This document shows, in pieces, positions 19,081 to 28,457 of a stretch of 31,109 nt of DNA. Origin of the DNA: Candidatus Baldrarchaeum yapensis (GTDB lineage Archaea; Asgardarchaeota; Baldrarchaeia; Baldrarchaeales; Baldrarchaeaceae); the NCBI GenBank assembly GCA_016840465.1, contig JAEOSH010000019.1, positions 1 to 31,109 on the forward strand, written 5' to 3'. Numbering within the stretch: the first letter of the stretch is position 1; the number at the start of each line of letters is the position of its first letter. A program made the translations under genes and the position numbers. The notes under the pieces were generated by a model, which had not been told where the DNA came from, made no database searches, and saw nothing but the letters and a program-made list of their open reading frames with translations.

Positions 19081-20229
19081 ATGAGGATTAAGGAGGTTAA
19101 AGGCTATCTCCTAAAGGTGCCATATCCGGAGAAAAAGGCCTTCGCTGCCGCCTGGGAACCCGCACCTCATAAGGACTTCACATTTACACTCGTAGAAGTG
19201 ACCACCGATGAGGGAATCTCGGGATACGCGGGGATGATCTCACGAGGCTTTGAGGTCATCGCATTCATAAAAAGTGCAGTTAGCGAGTTTCTCAAAAGGG
19301 TACCAATCGATCCATTTTACGTCGAAATATTAACGAGACCCTTACGCATAGGTTCCTACTTTGGGCCGCGTGTCGGGCTCGTTGATATAGCGCTCTGGGA
19401 TATCATAGGTAAATCCTTAGGAAAGCCTGTCTACAAACTCTTAGGTGCGGCTAGAGACTACGTTAAAGCGTATATGAGCACGGGGCAGATAAAGAAGGCA
19501 AGAGATCATATAAACGACTTTGAGGAAGCTAGGTCAAAATACGGCTTCAAAGCTGTGAAGTTAAGGTTCCACAGGATGAAATGGGAGGATGATCTGAAGG
19601 TTTTAAAGGAATTCAGGGAGGCATTTCCCGAAATAGAAATAATGGTCGATGCAAACCAAGCATGGACGTACTTCCCTCCTTACTGGGATAGAAAAACAGC
19701 ACTTGCAGTCGCAAAAGAACTGGAAAAGCTTGATGTAGTGTGGCTCGAAGAACCACTACCCATAACGGATCTTGAAGGATATGCAGATCTTCGTAGAAGA
19801 ACATCAGTGAGGATTGCTGGTGGAGAACTGGAGTATGGTCTGCACAGGATAAGAGAGCACTTGGAGAGAGGATGTTTCGACGTAATACAGCCGGATCCAT
19901 GTCTAAGCGGTGGAATTACCGAAATGAAGAAGGTCGCGGCACTTGCAGAAGCGTTCCATGTTTGGTATGTTCCTCATGGGTGGGAGCCCGGGATAGGTCT
20001 GGCCGCATGCCTGCAACTAATAGGAACCATGCCCGACTATTTGTGCCCCTACTTGGAGTATCCTCTTGATCCTCCATTAACTCCGGAAGTTAGAGACGCA
20101 ATACTGACCGAGCCGATAGAACCCCGCGGAGGCTTTGTCAAGATACCCGATAAACCCGGTCTCGGCATAGAAATAGATATGAATGTCGTCAAAAAGTACA
20201 TGATTAAGGAAGTTACCGAGGAAGCGTAA
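19081..20229 (+). CDS. Mandelate racemase / muconate-lactonizing (enolase superfamily) enzyme
   Basis: VKLR (KxR), MVDANQ, WLEEP and AGGE metal ligands, PHGW, and GLGIE. Confidence 0.92.
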   Translation: MRIKEVKGYLLKVPYPEKKAFAAAWEPAPHKDFTFTLVEVTTDEGISGYAGMISRGFEVIAFIKSAVSEFLKRVPIDPFYVEILTRPLRIGSYFGPRVGLVDIALWDIIGKSLGKPVYKLLGAARDYVKAYMSTGQIKKARDHINDFEEARSKYGFKAVKLRFHRMKWEDDLKVLKEFREAFPEIEIMVDANQAWTYFPPYWDRKTALAVAKELEKLDVVWLEEPLPITDLEGYADLRRRTSVRIAGGELEYGLHRIREHLERGCFDVIQPDPCLSGGITEMKKVAALAEAFHVWYVPHGWEPGIGLAACLQLIGTMPDYLCPYLEYPLDPPLTPEVRDAILTEPIEPRGGFVKIPDKPGLGIEIDMNVVKKYMIKEVTEEA

Positions 20230-20240
20230 AAAATCCTTTA

Positions 20241-20320
20241 TGGGGGAACGGTCGGTCAGCTCACCCACTACCGCATCGCCGACGCTCGGCCAGTGGAGAG
20301 TTCGCTCATCCCGTCCCCCA
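20241..20320 (-). ncRNA. C/D-box sRNA with variant boxes
   Basis: Minus strand reads TGGGGGACG-GGATGA(C)-GCGAACTCTCCA-CTGG(D')-CCGAGCGTCGG hairpin-CGATGC(C')-GGTAGTGGGTGAG-CTGA(D)-CCGACCGTTCCCCCA. Long terminal stem, two 12-13 nt guides, GC-rich, in a convergent intergenic gap. Confidence 0.72.
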
Positions 20321-20344
20321 TTTTTAATATTTTTAGTTCTTGAG

Positions 20345-21916
20345 TTAGAAAATGTTTTCCTTCTCGACCCACTCTGGGAACCACATGTAGTGCTCAAGCG
20401 GGTACGCTTTCTTCAGCCCTGCGTATGTTGGCCTTACCATGGCAATTCTTCCTTTTCTATCCCTGAATAGCTTTACAAGACCCTTTTCTTCGAGAGATAG
20501 CAGTATCTGATCGAGTCTATCGTCACTGACCTCTATATAATCCTTTATGTCGTCTTTTGTCATGTAAAGACCCGGATTCACGACGTAGTTGTCTGCCAGT
20601 ATTTTCAGAATGTCCTCCTCGGTAACCTCGTCTTTCTTTATTTTTTGAGGTGGAATGTTCGTCGGAATCGGGACCTTGATCTCGGGGTCGAAGTAGCGGT
20701 AGACTTTCTTAAATACGTCCCTCATGATCCTGGGTCCCTGCCTGAAGAGTATCAGGCGCATGATCTCGTTTGTTCCGGCAACTATTGGCATTACACGTGC
20801 GGCTCTCCATATCGACTCCACGGGGTAGAACTTCGTCCAGCCGTCCCCTCCCATGCACCGTATTGCATCGTCCGCTATTTTCAGTAGTGACTCGCTGGCA
20901 AAGAGTTTAGCAGCAGTTGCGTCGAGAAGAGGTTGATATCCTTGATCCATCATGTACGCAGTGTAATAAATGAGCAATCTGCTGAGCCTATACCTCCAAA
21001 TCATGTCCGCGATCTTGAACTGGTTGTTGACAAGATCTGATGTCCTCGCGTTAAACTGCACCCTTCTTGTAGTGTGATAAAACGCATTCCTAATAGCTTC
21101 TTTCATCGGCCCCAGACATCCCGCCGCCACAACCGTCCTCTCAAGGTTGAATCCACTCATCATAATGAGCCAGCCATCTCCCTCTCTTCCCAGCCTATTC
21201 TCAACGGGAACCCTGACCTCATCGAGGTCTAAGTATCCGTTATAGACTCCTTCCCATCCGCATAACTCGTTTATTCTCTCCACCTTGAAGCCGGGTCTTC
21301 CCTTCTCCACAATAAACGCGGAAAGGTGGCGATACCTTGCTCTGTCCTCGGGTTTATCGCTTGTGCGTGCATAAACTATATACATGTCGGCAACTCCGGC
21401 ATTCGTGATATATCTCTTCTTCCCGGTTATTACATATTCATCTCCGTCCCTGATGGCTACAGTCTCTACGCTTGCGGCATCTGATCCAACATAAGGCTCG
21501 GTAACGCACACTCCTGTGAGAATTTCTCCTTTTGCTATCTTAGGAAGCCATTTCTCCTTTTGCTCCTTTGTCCCAAAATGAACAATCTGATGCGTACCTC
21601 CGAACATCGTGTCACTAAATGCGGTCCCAACAGCCCCTAGTCTCGACAGCTCTTCAGCAAGAATGCAACATCCGGTCACTCCGTAGTCTTTGCCAAGCCC
21701 TTCGTACTCCTCAGGAATCAGAACGCCGAACCATCCTCTCTTTGCAACTTCCTTTATCAGTTCCCATGGAAACTTACGCTTCCACATGTAAATGTATGAC
21801 TTATGCAGGTTTTCATCCGCGAACACCTCAACCTCGTCGGCAAGCTTGCGTTGCTTTTCGTTCCACCATGGGAACTTCTCCAAGATGATCCCCTCACGAG
21901 TTTTAGCCTGCGGCAA
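20345..21916 (-). CDS. Acyl-CoA dehydrogenase with a ~125-aa C-terminal winged-helix-like extension
   Basis: VTEPYVGSDA, GKKRYITNA, helix-G FNLERT (IVD/LCAD-type Glu), MGGDGW and GTNEIMR; C-terminal LEEKGLVKL-type wHTH segment. Confidence 0.9.
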   Translation of the reverse strand: MPQAKTREGIILEKFPWWNEKQRKLADEVEVFADENLHKSYIYMWKRKFPWELIKEVAKRGWFGVLIPEEYEGLGKDYGVTGCCILAEELSRLGAVGTAFSDTMFGGTHQIVHFGTKEQKEKWLPKIAKGEILTGVCVTEPYVGSDAASVETVAIRDGDEYVITGKKRYITNAGVADMYIVYARTSDKPEDRARYRHLSAFIVEKGRPGFKVERINELCGWEGVYNGYLDLDEVRVPVENRLGREGDGWLIMMSGFNLERTVVAAGCLGPMKEAIRNAFYHTTRRVQFNARTSDLVNNQFKIADMIWRYRLSRLLIYYTAYMMDQGYQPLLDATAAKLFASESLLKIADDAIRCMGGDGWTKFYPVESIWRAARVMPIVAGTNEIMRLILFRQGPRIMRDVFKKVYRYFDPEIKVPIPTNIPPQKIKKDEVTEEDILKILADNYVVNPGLYMTKDDIKDYIEVSDDRLDQILLSLEEKGLVKLFRDRKGRIAMVRPTYAGLKKAYPLEHYMWFPEWVEKENIF

Positions 21917-22194
21917 ATATCCTTAAAAGTTGATAAAAATAAAGGTTCTCTCGCAGCCGAAGAGGTCTTAAATCCCCCATTCAACTAATTGAGTCGTCAG
22001 ATAGCTATGGACAAATATCATTGCCCATAATCCTCCCCTAAAGCCTTCCTCCTAATCACGGCTCCTCCTTTTATACATGCACTCTCGAGGCGATCCAATA
22101 AATGCTGACGAAAAACACTAAGTCTGTAGCCCCCACATCACTCTCTGTATGTCTGGGGTAATTCGAAATTTTTACTTTCCAACTTTACAAGTTT

Positions 22195-23105
22195 TTACTT
22201 TATTGCTTCCCAAACGCCATTAATCATCTTTTCGTATTTTGTGAGGCTTAGTACATCTCTCGCGGAGCTTATTCCTCCCTTCCTGTGTGCAATAAGTAGA
22301 TATTCCCTGACCCTTTCAATATGCCTTCTCACCTCAGGATCGGTGTCCGAGCATCCTATGTCGTAGCTTATTAGTAGGTAAAAACCGTTCCCGATATCTT
22401 CGATGAACATCTTCTCATCACCCGTTATGAACGATGTACAAGCATAACCTTTTGATTTCAGCCTTGTCATAAGCGTTGCGAGTATCGACGCCTCAAATGC
22501 TATTTTATCGGTATTAACATCTTCCTTTTCTCCCCCTTTCATAGTTGTATGCAAATAATGGAACTCGGGCTTCACTAAATATCATCATCCTACGTGGGCG
22601 AGGCCTTACCTGTTTCTTTCGTCCTCTTAGGGTTGATATCAGAATCGACGGAAGAAAGCCCCCGATAAATGTTAGCAGTATTAAAAGTTGCAATGGCAAC
22701 GGTAGCTGTACAACTTCTCCCCGCGGCTGTGCGGCTGTACGAGAACAACGACCGTTATATTCAAGTCAACCGGAAACTCAACATACTTCTTGCCCATCGA
22801 GTACACGACGAGAACTAGTGTACAGGTGCCATTTACCCAACCGTCAGACGGCATTACATATCCACTTATTGAAAAGCTTTGCCTGCTGGTGATCGTAACG
22901 TTTGCGATGAAGTTCTCACAAAGCGCATTGTCTCCCAATAGGAGTCTTGCGTATATTGATAGAACTTTGCGGTAGGCCGATGGATCCTATTACTGAAGAT
23001 TGCCTCGAACACTAACGGTGAGTCTTGTAATATCCTGTCATTCAATACTCCAAAGTTCACAAGTTCTCTGAATGACGTCATGAACGTCACGTTAATGTTT
23101 TTCAT
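22195..23105 (-). pseudogene. Fragmented membrane protein: beta-rich ectodomain, TM helix and cytoplasmic longin-like domain
   Basis: Four tracked ORFs join after three lesions: a 1-nt shift near 22985, an 8-bp tandem duplication at 22723-22738, and an extra base in the run at 22532-22536. TM LPLQLLILLTFIGGFLPSILIST, then a basic stop-transfer segment, then a longin-like pattern. More degraded sequence may extend to ~23517. Confidence 0.6.
22723..22738 (+). repeat. 8-bp tandem duplication GCGGCTGT-GCGGCTGT
   Basis: Seen directly; deleting one copy restores the frame VQPRGEVVQLPLPL. Confidence 0.85.
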
Positions 23106-23775
23106 TGTTACGACTTCCGAAAAAAATAATTTATGTGCTTTACGGGAATAAGTTCTCCAATGCTCTCCCTCTATCTAAGTCTACTTGCGATTGTTCATTT
23201 ATTTCATGGAATGAGAGTGATCTTGATGAATTTCTTTAATGGAACGAATCAAACGCCTTTTTCCATTCGCATAATGACACTCTGCATGAGTATTATGATT
23301 CCGTCGGCATATGTTTTAGCGATGCTATTTTGTGTACTCGGTCTCATAGCGGCATTAGGGATCAGCGTAATGATAGCGGTGTCATATGGACTTTTTCTGG
23401 CTTAAAGAGCAGTTTGGAGTGGAGGTATCTTCCTGGTATTTTCATCTCGGCGGCTGTTTCAACATTTATTGTGATTTTGCTGAAAAGTTGTTTTAATCCG
23501 AAGTCCTTGTTTGGCAATGTTCTTTACCTTTTCACGAGTGGTATTATATAATTTTTTATACAATATTATACGACGTTATTGCCAATATTTGGCGGCATTA
23601 ACGCCAAAGATCTGAGAAATATTGGGAGATTTTTCGAAGAAATGCGAATAATCGGGAAATTTGTAAAGTTTGCACTGAGAGTTGAAGAAAAGGTGCTACG
23701 GATGACGAGGAAGTTCCGATCCTAGTAACAACTGTTATGAATTTTCCGTGATGACTTTTATAATGGGTGATAGTA

Positions 23776-24879
23776 ATGGCATCTCCGGTAAGAAAACTAG
23801 CAGACTTAATTGCGGGATATAGTGTGGAGGTTAGGAAGAGTGATGATGTTGTAATAAGAGCTACCATGGCAGCAATGCCGCTCTTAGTGGAACTTTACAG
23901 AGCGATCGTTGAGAGAGGTGGGTACCCAATACCTATGCTTACCGATGAGTTGCTCATAGAGACGTTTTACAGATATGCGGATGATGAAGTTCTGAAGCAC
24001 GTCTCACCGATTGAAAAGTTCATTCAGGAGAAAGCAAATGTCATGATAAGGATACTCTCCGATACCCACACGAAGTTCATGAGTTCGATAGACCCCGAGA
24101 AGGTGAAGATTGCCAACGCGGCGAGAATAGAGCTTACGAAAATATTTCTCGAGAGGAGTGCGAAGAAGGAGTTGAGATGGACCGTTGCACCGTATCCCAC
24201 GAAGGCGCTCGCCCAGGAGGCAGGTATGAGCTTCTTCGAGTATGAAGAGTTCGTTTATAGAGCGTGTGCTGTTCATCTCGATGATCCGATTTCCTTCTGG
24301 AAGAAGAAGGGAGAAGAGCAGAAAAAGATAATAGAACTATTGAGTAAGGTCTCGGAGCTGCGCTTTGTTGCCGAGGATACGGATCTAACTGTTAGGGTGG
24401 ATGGTAGAGTCTGGGTCAACGATGATGGTCATGAGAACATGCCGGGCGGGGAAGTCTTTACAGCACCGATAGAGGATAGCGTCGAGGGGCGGATAAGGTT
24501 CACATACCCGGCGATTTGGAGAGGTGTGGAGGTTGAGGATGTCATGTTAGTTTTCAGAAAAGGGGAGGTTGTCGAGGCGAGGGCCAGACGCGGGGAGGAG
24601 TTCTTAAGAAGGATCTTAGAAACCGACGAGGGCGCAAAGAGGGTTGGAGAGTTGGCGTTCGGTCTAAACTACTACATAGATAAATTTACGAAGAACATAC
24701 TGTTCGATGAAAAGATCGGTGGAACTATACACATGGCACTGGGTGCCGCTTATCCGGAGACAGGAGGCAAAAATGTTTCCGCCATTCACTGGGATATGAT
24801 AAAAGACATGAAGAGGGGAAAGGTTTACGCGGATGGAGATTTGATATACGAGAATGGAAAGTTTGTTGTGGAGTTGTAG
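23776..24879 (+). CDS. M29 family aminopeptidase (AmpS/PepS-like thermophilic metalloprotease)
   Basis: ENMPGGEVFTAP, GELAFG, LFDEKIGGTIHMALG and SAIHWDM. Confidence 0.93.
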   Translation: MASPVRKLADLIAGYSVEVRKSDDVVIRATMAAMPLLVELYRAIVERGGYPIPMLTDELLIETFYRYADDEVLKHVSPIEKFIQEKANVMIRILSDTHTKFMSSIDPEKVKIANAARIELTKIFLERSAKKELRWTVAPYPTKALAQEAGMSFFEYEEFVYRACAVHLDDPISFWKKKGEEQKKIIELLSKVSELRFVAEDTDLTVRVDGRVWVNDDGHENMPGGEVFTAPIEDSVEGRIRFTYPAIWRGVEVEDVMLVFRKGEVVEARARRGEEFLRRILETDEGAKRVGELAFGLNYYIDKFTKNILFDEKIGGTIHMALGAAYPETGGKNVSAIHWDMIKDMKRGKVYADGDLIYENGKFVVEL

Positions 24880-24880
24880 C

Positions 24881-26254
24881 TCATAGATTTCCGATTTCTC
24901 TCCTCACGCTCTCTATGTACCTTTTTATATCGTCCTCTGTTGGGTGATAGTTCAGCAGTTTACCAGATAGGTATTCGTCATACGCTGTTAGATCCAGTAG
25001 CCCATGTCCTGAGAAGTTGAATGCTATTACTTTCTTTTCTCCAGTTTTCTTGCATTCTAGAGCCATGTCTATTGCGGCTTTTACAGCATGGGCGGTTTCA
25101 GGAGCCGGTACATAACCTTCGCACGCCGCAAATATTCTTGCTGCCTCAAACACCTCCGTCTGGTTATAGGCTACGGCTCTTACGACCCCCTCATTTACTA
25201 ATGCACTGAGCGTAGGTGCTACACCGTGATAACGAAGCCCGCCAGCGTGGATGGGCGGTGGGCGGTACACATGCCCTAAAGTGAACATTTTGAGTAACGG
25301 TGTGAGTTTACCGGTATCCCCGTAATCATACATGTAAACTCCTCTTGTCATGGTAGGTACAGCTTTAGGCTCTACGGCTATAACATCAATGTCATCCTTA
25401 CCTGAGAGAATATCAGCTATGAACGGATACGTGAAGCCAGCGAAGTTCGATCCACCGCCAACGCATCCTATCAGTACGTCTGGGTACTCTCCTATAGCCT
25501 CGAACTGCGCTTTCGCCTCCAGCCCTATTACCGTTTGATGTAAAAGTACGAAGTTCAGCACGCTTCCTAAGGAGTATTTCACGTTTTCATGAGTTAGACA
25601 ATCTTCGAGCGCCTCACTTATTGCTATTCCAAGACTACCGGGGTGATTTGGATCCTCTGCTAGGTACTTTCTTCCAACCTCAGTTCTATCGCTTGGAGAT
25701 GGAAACACCTCAGCGCCATATAGTTCCATGAGCACCTTACGGTAGGGTTTCTGTAGATAGGAGGACCTTGTCATGTATACGGTTATCTTTATGCCAAAGA
25801 GTGCACCAGCAAGCGATAGTGCACTACCCCACTGCCCGGCGCCCGTTTCTGTTGTAAGTCTCTCGACTCCCTCCTCACGAGCGTAGTACGCTTGGGCGAC
25901 GGCGGTGTTAACTTTATGACTTCCGGTCGGGGAAAGATCCTCCCTTTTGTAGTATATCTTTGCTGGGGTTCCGAGGAACTTCTCTAATCTGCGTGCTCTT
26001 TGGAGGGGTGTTGGCCTTCCTAACCTCATATACACCTCTCTGATCTCCTCAGGTATCGGAACGAACCTCTGTGTGGAAACCTCCTGTCGCACACACTCTT
26101 TAGGAAAGATCCTTTCGAGTCTACTGGGATCTACGGGAGCCTTTTCTCTCGGATCAAGTGGAGGTGGTAGTGGCTTTCCCAAATCGGCGAGGATGTTGTA
26201 CCAGTGTCTCGGAACCTGTTCTACATCGAGCAGAACTTTGACTTCAGATCTCAT
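24881..26254 (-). CDS. trpB2: Tryptophan synthase beta chain type 2 (TrpB2)
   Basis: 457 aa; [11 protein letters not shown]-terminus, [14 protein letters not shown] (PLP Lys), [18 protein letters not shown] and SGHG. Confidence 0.93.
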   Translation of the reverse strand: MRSEVKVLLDVEQVPRHWYNILADLGKPLPPPLDPREKAPVDPSRLERIFPKECVRQEVSTQRFVPIPEEIREVYMRLGRPTPLQRARRLEKFLGTPAKIYYKREDLSPTGSHKVNTAVAQAYYAREEGVERLTTETGAGQWGSALSLAGALFGIKITVYMTRSSYLQKPYRKVLMELYGAEVFPSPSDRTEVGRKYLAEDPNHPGSLGIAISEALEDCLTHENVKYSLGSVLNFVLLHQTVIGLEAKAQFEAIGEYPDVLIGCVGGGSNFAGFTYPFIADILSGKDDIDVIAVEPKAVPTMTRGVYMYDYGDTGKLTPLLKMFTLGHVYRPPPIHAGGLRYHGVAPTLSALVNEGVVRAVAYNQTEVFEAARIFAACEGYVPAPETAHAVKAAIDMALECKKTGEKKVIAFNFSGHGLLDLTAYDEYLSGKLLNYHPTEDDIKRYIESVRREIGNL

Positions 26255-26612
26255 CTTTTTCCCCCTCCGAGTCCAAGGCTTCGGCTATGAGCTCCCCCAC
26301 GGACGATAACCTCAGGGGAACTCCTCTCTCGTACTCGACAAGACCGCACTCCCTCAGACTTTTCAGTATCCTTTTCACTGTGCTTAGCGGTATCCCCGTG
26401 GACTCAGAAAGCCTCGCCGAGAACTTACTATAACTTGTATTGTCTTGCTCTCTTAGAAGCATGCGCAGAACAAATTTCTGTTTTTGTGTCAACCTCCTCT
26501 TGCAGATGCTCACAAGAACACGAATAATTTCGGAGTATGCTGGTCTTCTCTTAACCGTAGGGGACACGCCCACGGGGGTATATCTCAAGAAGTTAGACCC
26601 AAATAGAGTCAC
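26244..26612 (-). CDS. Winged-helix DNA-binding protein overlapping trpB2
   Basis: LTQKQKFVL...[30 protein letters not shown]-wing pattern. Start uncertain. Confidence 0.75.
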   Translation of the reverse strand: MTLFGSNFLRYTPVGVSPTVKRRPAYSEIIRVLVSICKRRLTQKQKFVLRMLLREQDNTSYSKFSARLSESTGIPLSTVKRILKSLRECGLVEYERGVPLRLSSVGELIAEALDSEGEKDEI

Positions 26613-26619
26613 CCATCAT
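26593..26619 (-). other. Micro-[11 protein letters not shown] behind a perfect SD; possible leader peptide or frameshifted 5' end of the wHTH gene
   Basis: GGAGGTGA (26630-26623)-AAC-ATG ATG GGT GAC TCT ATT TGG GTC TAA. Confidence 0.35.
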
Positions 26620-27096
26620 GTTTCACCTCCACGCACGGATCTTTTCACAGGATCTTGATAAAAGATTTTTGGGCCACTAAAATGATCCAGCGTTATGAGA
26701 TCCCTTTGTCTTATACGCCCTATGTGTTCTCCTAACACTTCAGGCGTAATGTTATCCGAGGTCACAATTCCTAAGTAAAGAGAGGAAAGATTGCTACCGC
26801 AAAATTTCGTTCTGAGGATTCTATGTTGTGGAGATATTAGAAATTTCACATGTCGTAATATTCGATCTTAACCATGTGGCCATACTGTCCATTCTCATAT
26901 GTGACATATACCTCATACCCGCCATTTGCCAAATATTGATATTGTTCTCCAATGATACATTGACAAAATTTTTATTTTGCCGATATATAGCATTTTGCTG
27001 CAGTTGACGATTTCGTAAAAAAGTACTCTTACCCCCTTGTAAGTGCGATAACATTCGAACTTTACAAAACACATTTGGTATACATCTTTATAATTG

Positions 27097-27115
27097 GGAA
27101 GTTGGATAAACTTCC
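27097..27115. promoter_or_regulatory. Inverted repeat GGAAGTT-N5-AACTTCC upstream of the thiolase-like operon
   Basis: Perfect 7-bp arms in an AT-rich intergenic region ~190 nt before 27303. Confidence 0.35.
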
Positions 27116-27302
27116 TTAACCACTATTTAAAATCCGAGAAAGGTTCCAGTAGGTCCGATTTTTAGAAGATTTTTTCGCTAGTTTTCGGCACATTACCGAA
27201 TTCTTGCATTAATCGTTTGAATGGGAAAATTTTGAAATATAGGAGCCCTCCATATGATCGTGTTACCTAATATCTTTAAGAAAATACCAATGAGGTGGGC
27301 AT

Positions 27303-28457
27303 GTGACCCGGAGGGTCGCGATCGTCGGGGTAGGGTATAGCGACTTTAGACCGGCAACTCCCGATGTTGCCTTCCATGAGATGATGTTCGAGGCCGCGGT
27401 CAAGGCGTACGAGGATGCGGGTGTCAACCCCCGCAAGGATATCGATAGTTTCATTGCATGCTCCGAGGACTACTGGGAGGGCTTCAGCATCTTTGACGAA
27501 TTCGTTCCTGACCAGTTGGGTGCCGTATTGAAGCCTGTATGCACAATTTCGGCGGATGGGATGTATGGAGTGATAAATGCGTACCTTCAGATAAGAACAG
27601 GCGCCTTCGACATTGTTGCAGTTGAAGCGCATAGCAAGGCTAGCGATATTGTCAATATGTGGCATGTGATGGCGTTTGCCTTCGACCCCATCATAAACAG
27701 GCCACTGAAGATGCATCCCTACGTCATTGCTGGCCTGGAGATGATGAAGTTCCTTAAGGACTCCGGCAACACCGAAGAACACTGCGCGATGGTCGTTGCT
27801 AAGAACAAGAAGAACGCAATGAAGACCCCTTATGCATCTTATGGTTCAATAATAAGTCCAGAGGACGTTCTGACATCTGAGACTCTATTCCACCCACTTA
27901 AGAAGTTGGACGCAAGCGAGTTTGTGGACGGAGCAGTAGTTATTGTTCTAGCGGCAGAAGAGGTTGCTCGTAAACTCACCGATACCCCGATATGGATAAA
28001 AGGAGTTGGCTGGTGCACGGATACTCCATGGCTTGAGTTCAGGGACTGGTCCAGAGCTGTTTATGCAGAAATGGCCGCAGAAATGGCATATAAGATGGCG
28101 AGGATTCATGAGCCTGCAAAGCAAATAGATTTCGCCGAAATTGACGATAAGTTCTCGTATAAGGAATTACAACACATGGAAGCGCTAAGACTATGCAGAA
28201 AAGGAGAGGCGGGTCTTTTAGTCGAGGAAGGAGTTACCGAGAGGGATGGGGACCTGCCAGTTAACCCCTCCGGTGGGTTCTTGGGGGTTGGCAATCCGCT
28301 CGAGGCGGGTGGACTTGTCAAGATACTCGAGGCGGTACTACAACTGAGAGGAGAAGCGGGTAAGAGACAGGTTCCAAAAGCGGAGGTTGCGGTGACGCAG
28401 ATATGGAGAGGAGTTCCCACAACTTCAGGTGCTGTTGTTGTTTTAGGTAGGGAATGA
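27303..28457 (+). CDS. Thiolase-fold protein (SCP2/Ltp-like) lacking canonical catalytic residues
   Basis: RVAIVGVG N-terminus and NPSGG. ISADG replaces the CxSG nucleophile site, DDKF replaces HDCF, and GNP replaces GHP. Confidence 0.88.
   Translation: MTRRVAIVGVGYSDFRPATPDVAFHEMMFEAAVKAYEDAGVNPRKDIDSFIACSEDYWEGFSIFDEFVPDQLGAVLKPVCTISADGMYGVINAYLQIRTGAFDIVAVEAHSKASDIVNMWHVMAFAFDPIINRPLKMHPYVIAGLEMMKFLKDSGNTEEHCAMVVAKNKKNAMKTPYASYGSIISPEDVLTSETLFHPLKKLDASEFVDGAVVIVLAAEEVARKLTDTPIWIKGVGWCTDTPWLEFRDWSRAVYAEMAAEMAYKMARIHEPAKQIDFAEIDDKFSYKELQHMEALRLCRKGEAGLLVEEGVTERDGDLPVNPSGGFLGVGNPLEAGGLVKILEAVLQLRGEAGKRQVPKAEVAVTQIWRGVPTTSGAVVVLGRE

Noticed and set aside
23133-23551. Hydrophobic + strand ORFs (90 aa and 73 aa) as membrane proteins
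   Set aside because: They read like antisense shadows of the degraded minus-strand gene, with no convincing RBS or motif. Not fully excluded.
26616-26849. 77-aa ORF ending in an ATGA overlap with the micro-ORF
   Set aside because: No motif recognised and it starts in AT-rich intergenic DNA; it cannot be supported, although the overlap is noted.
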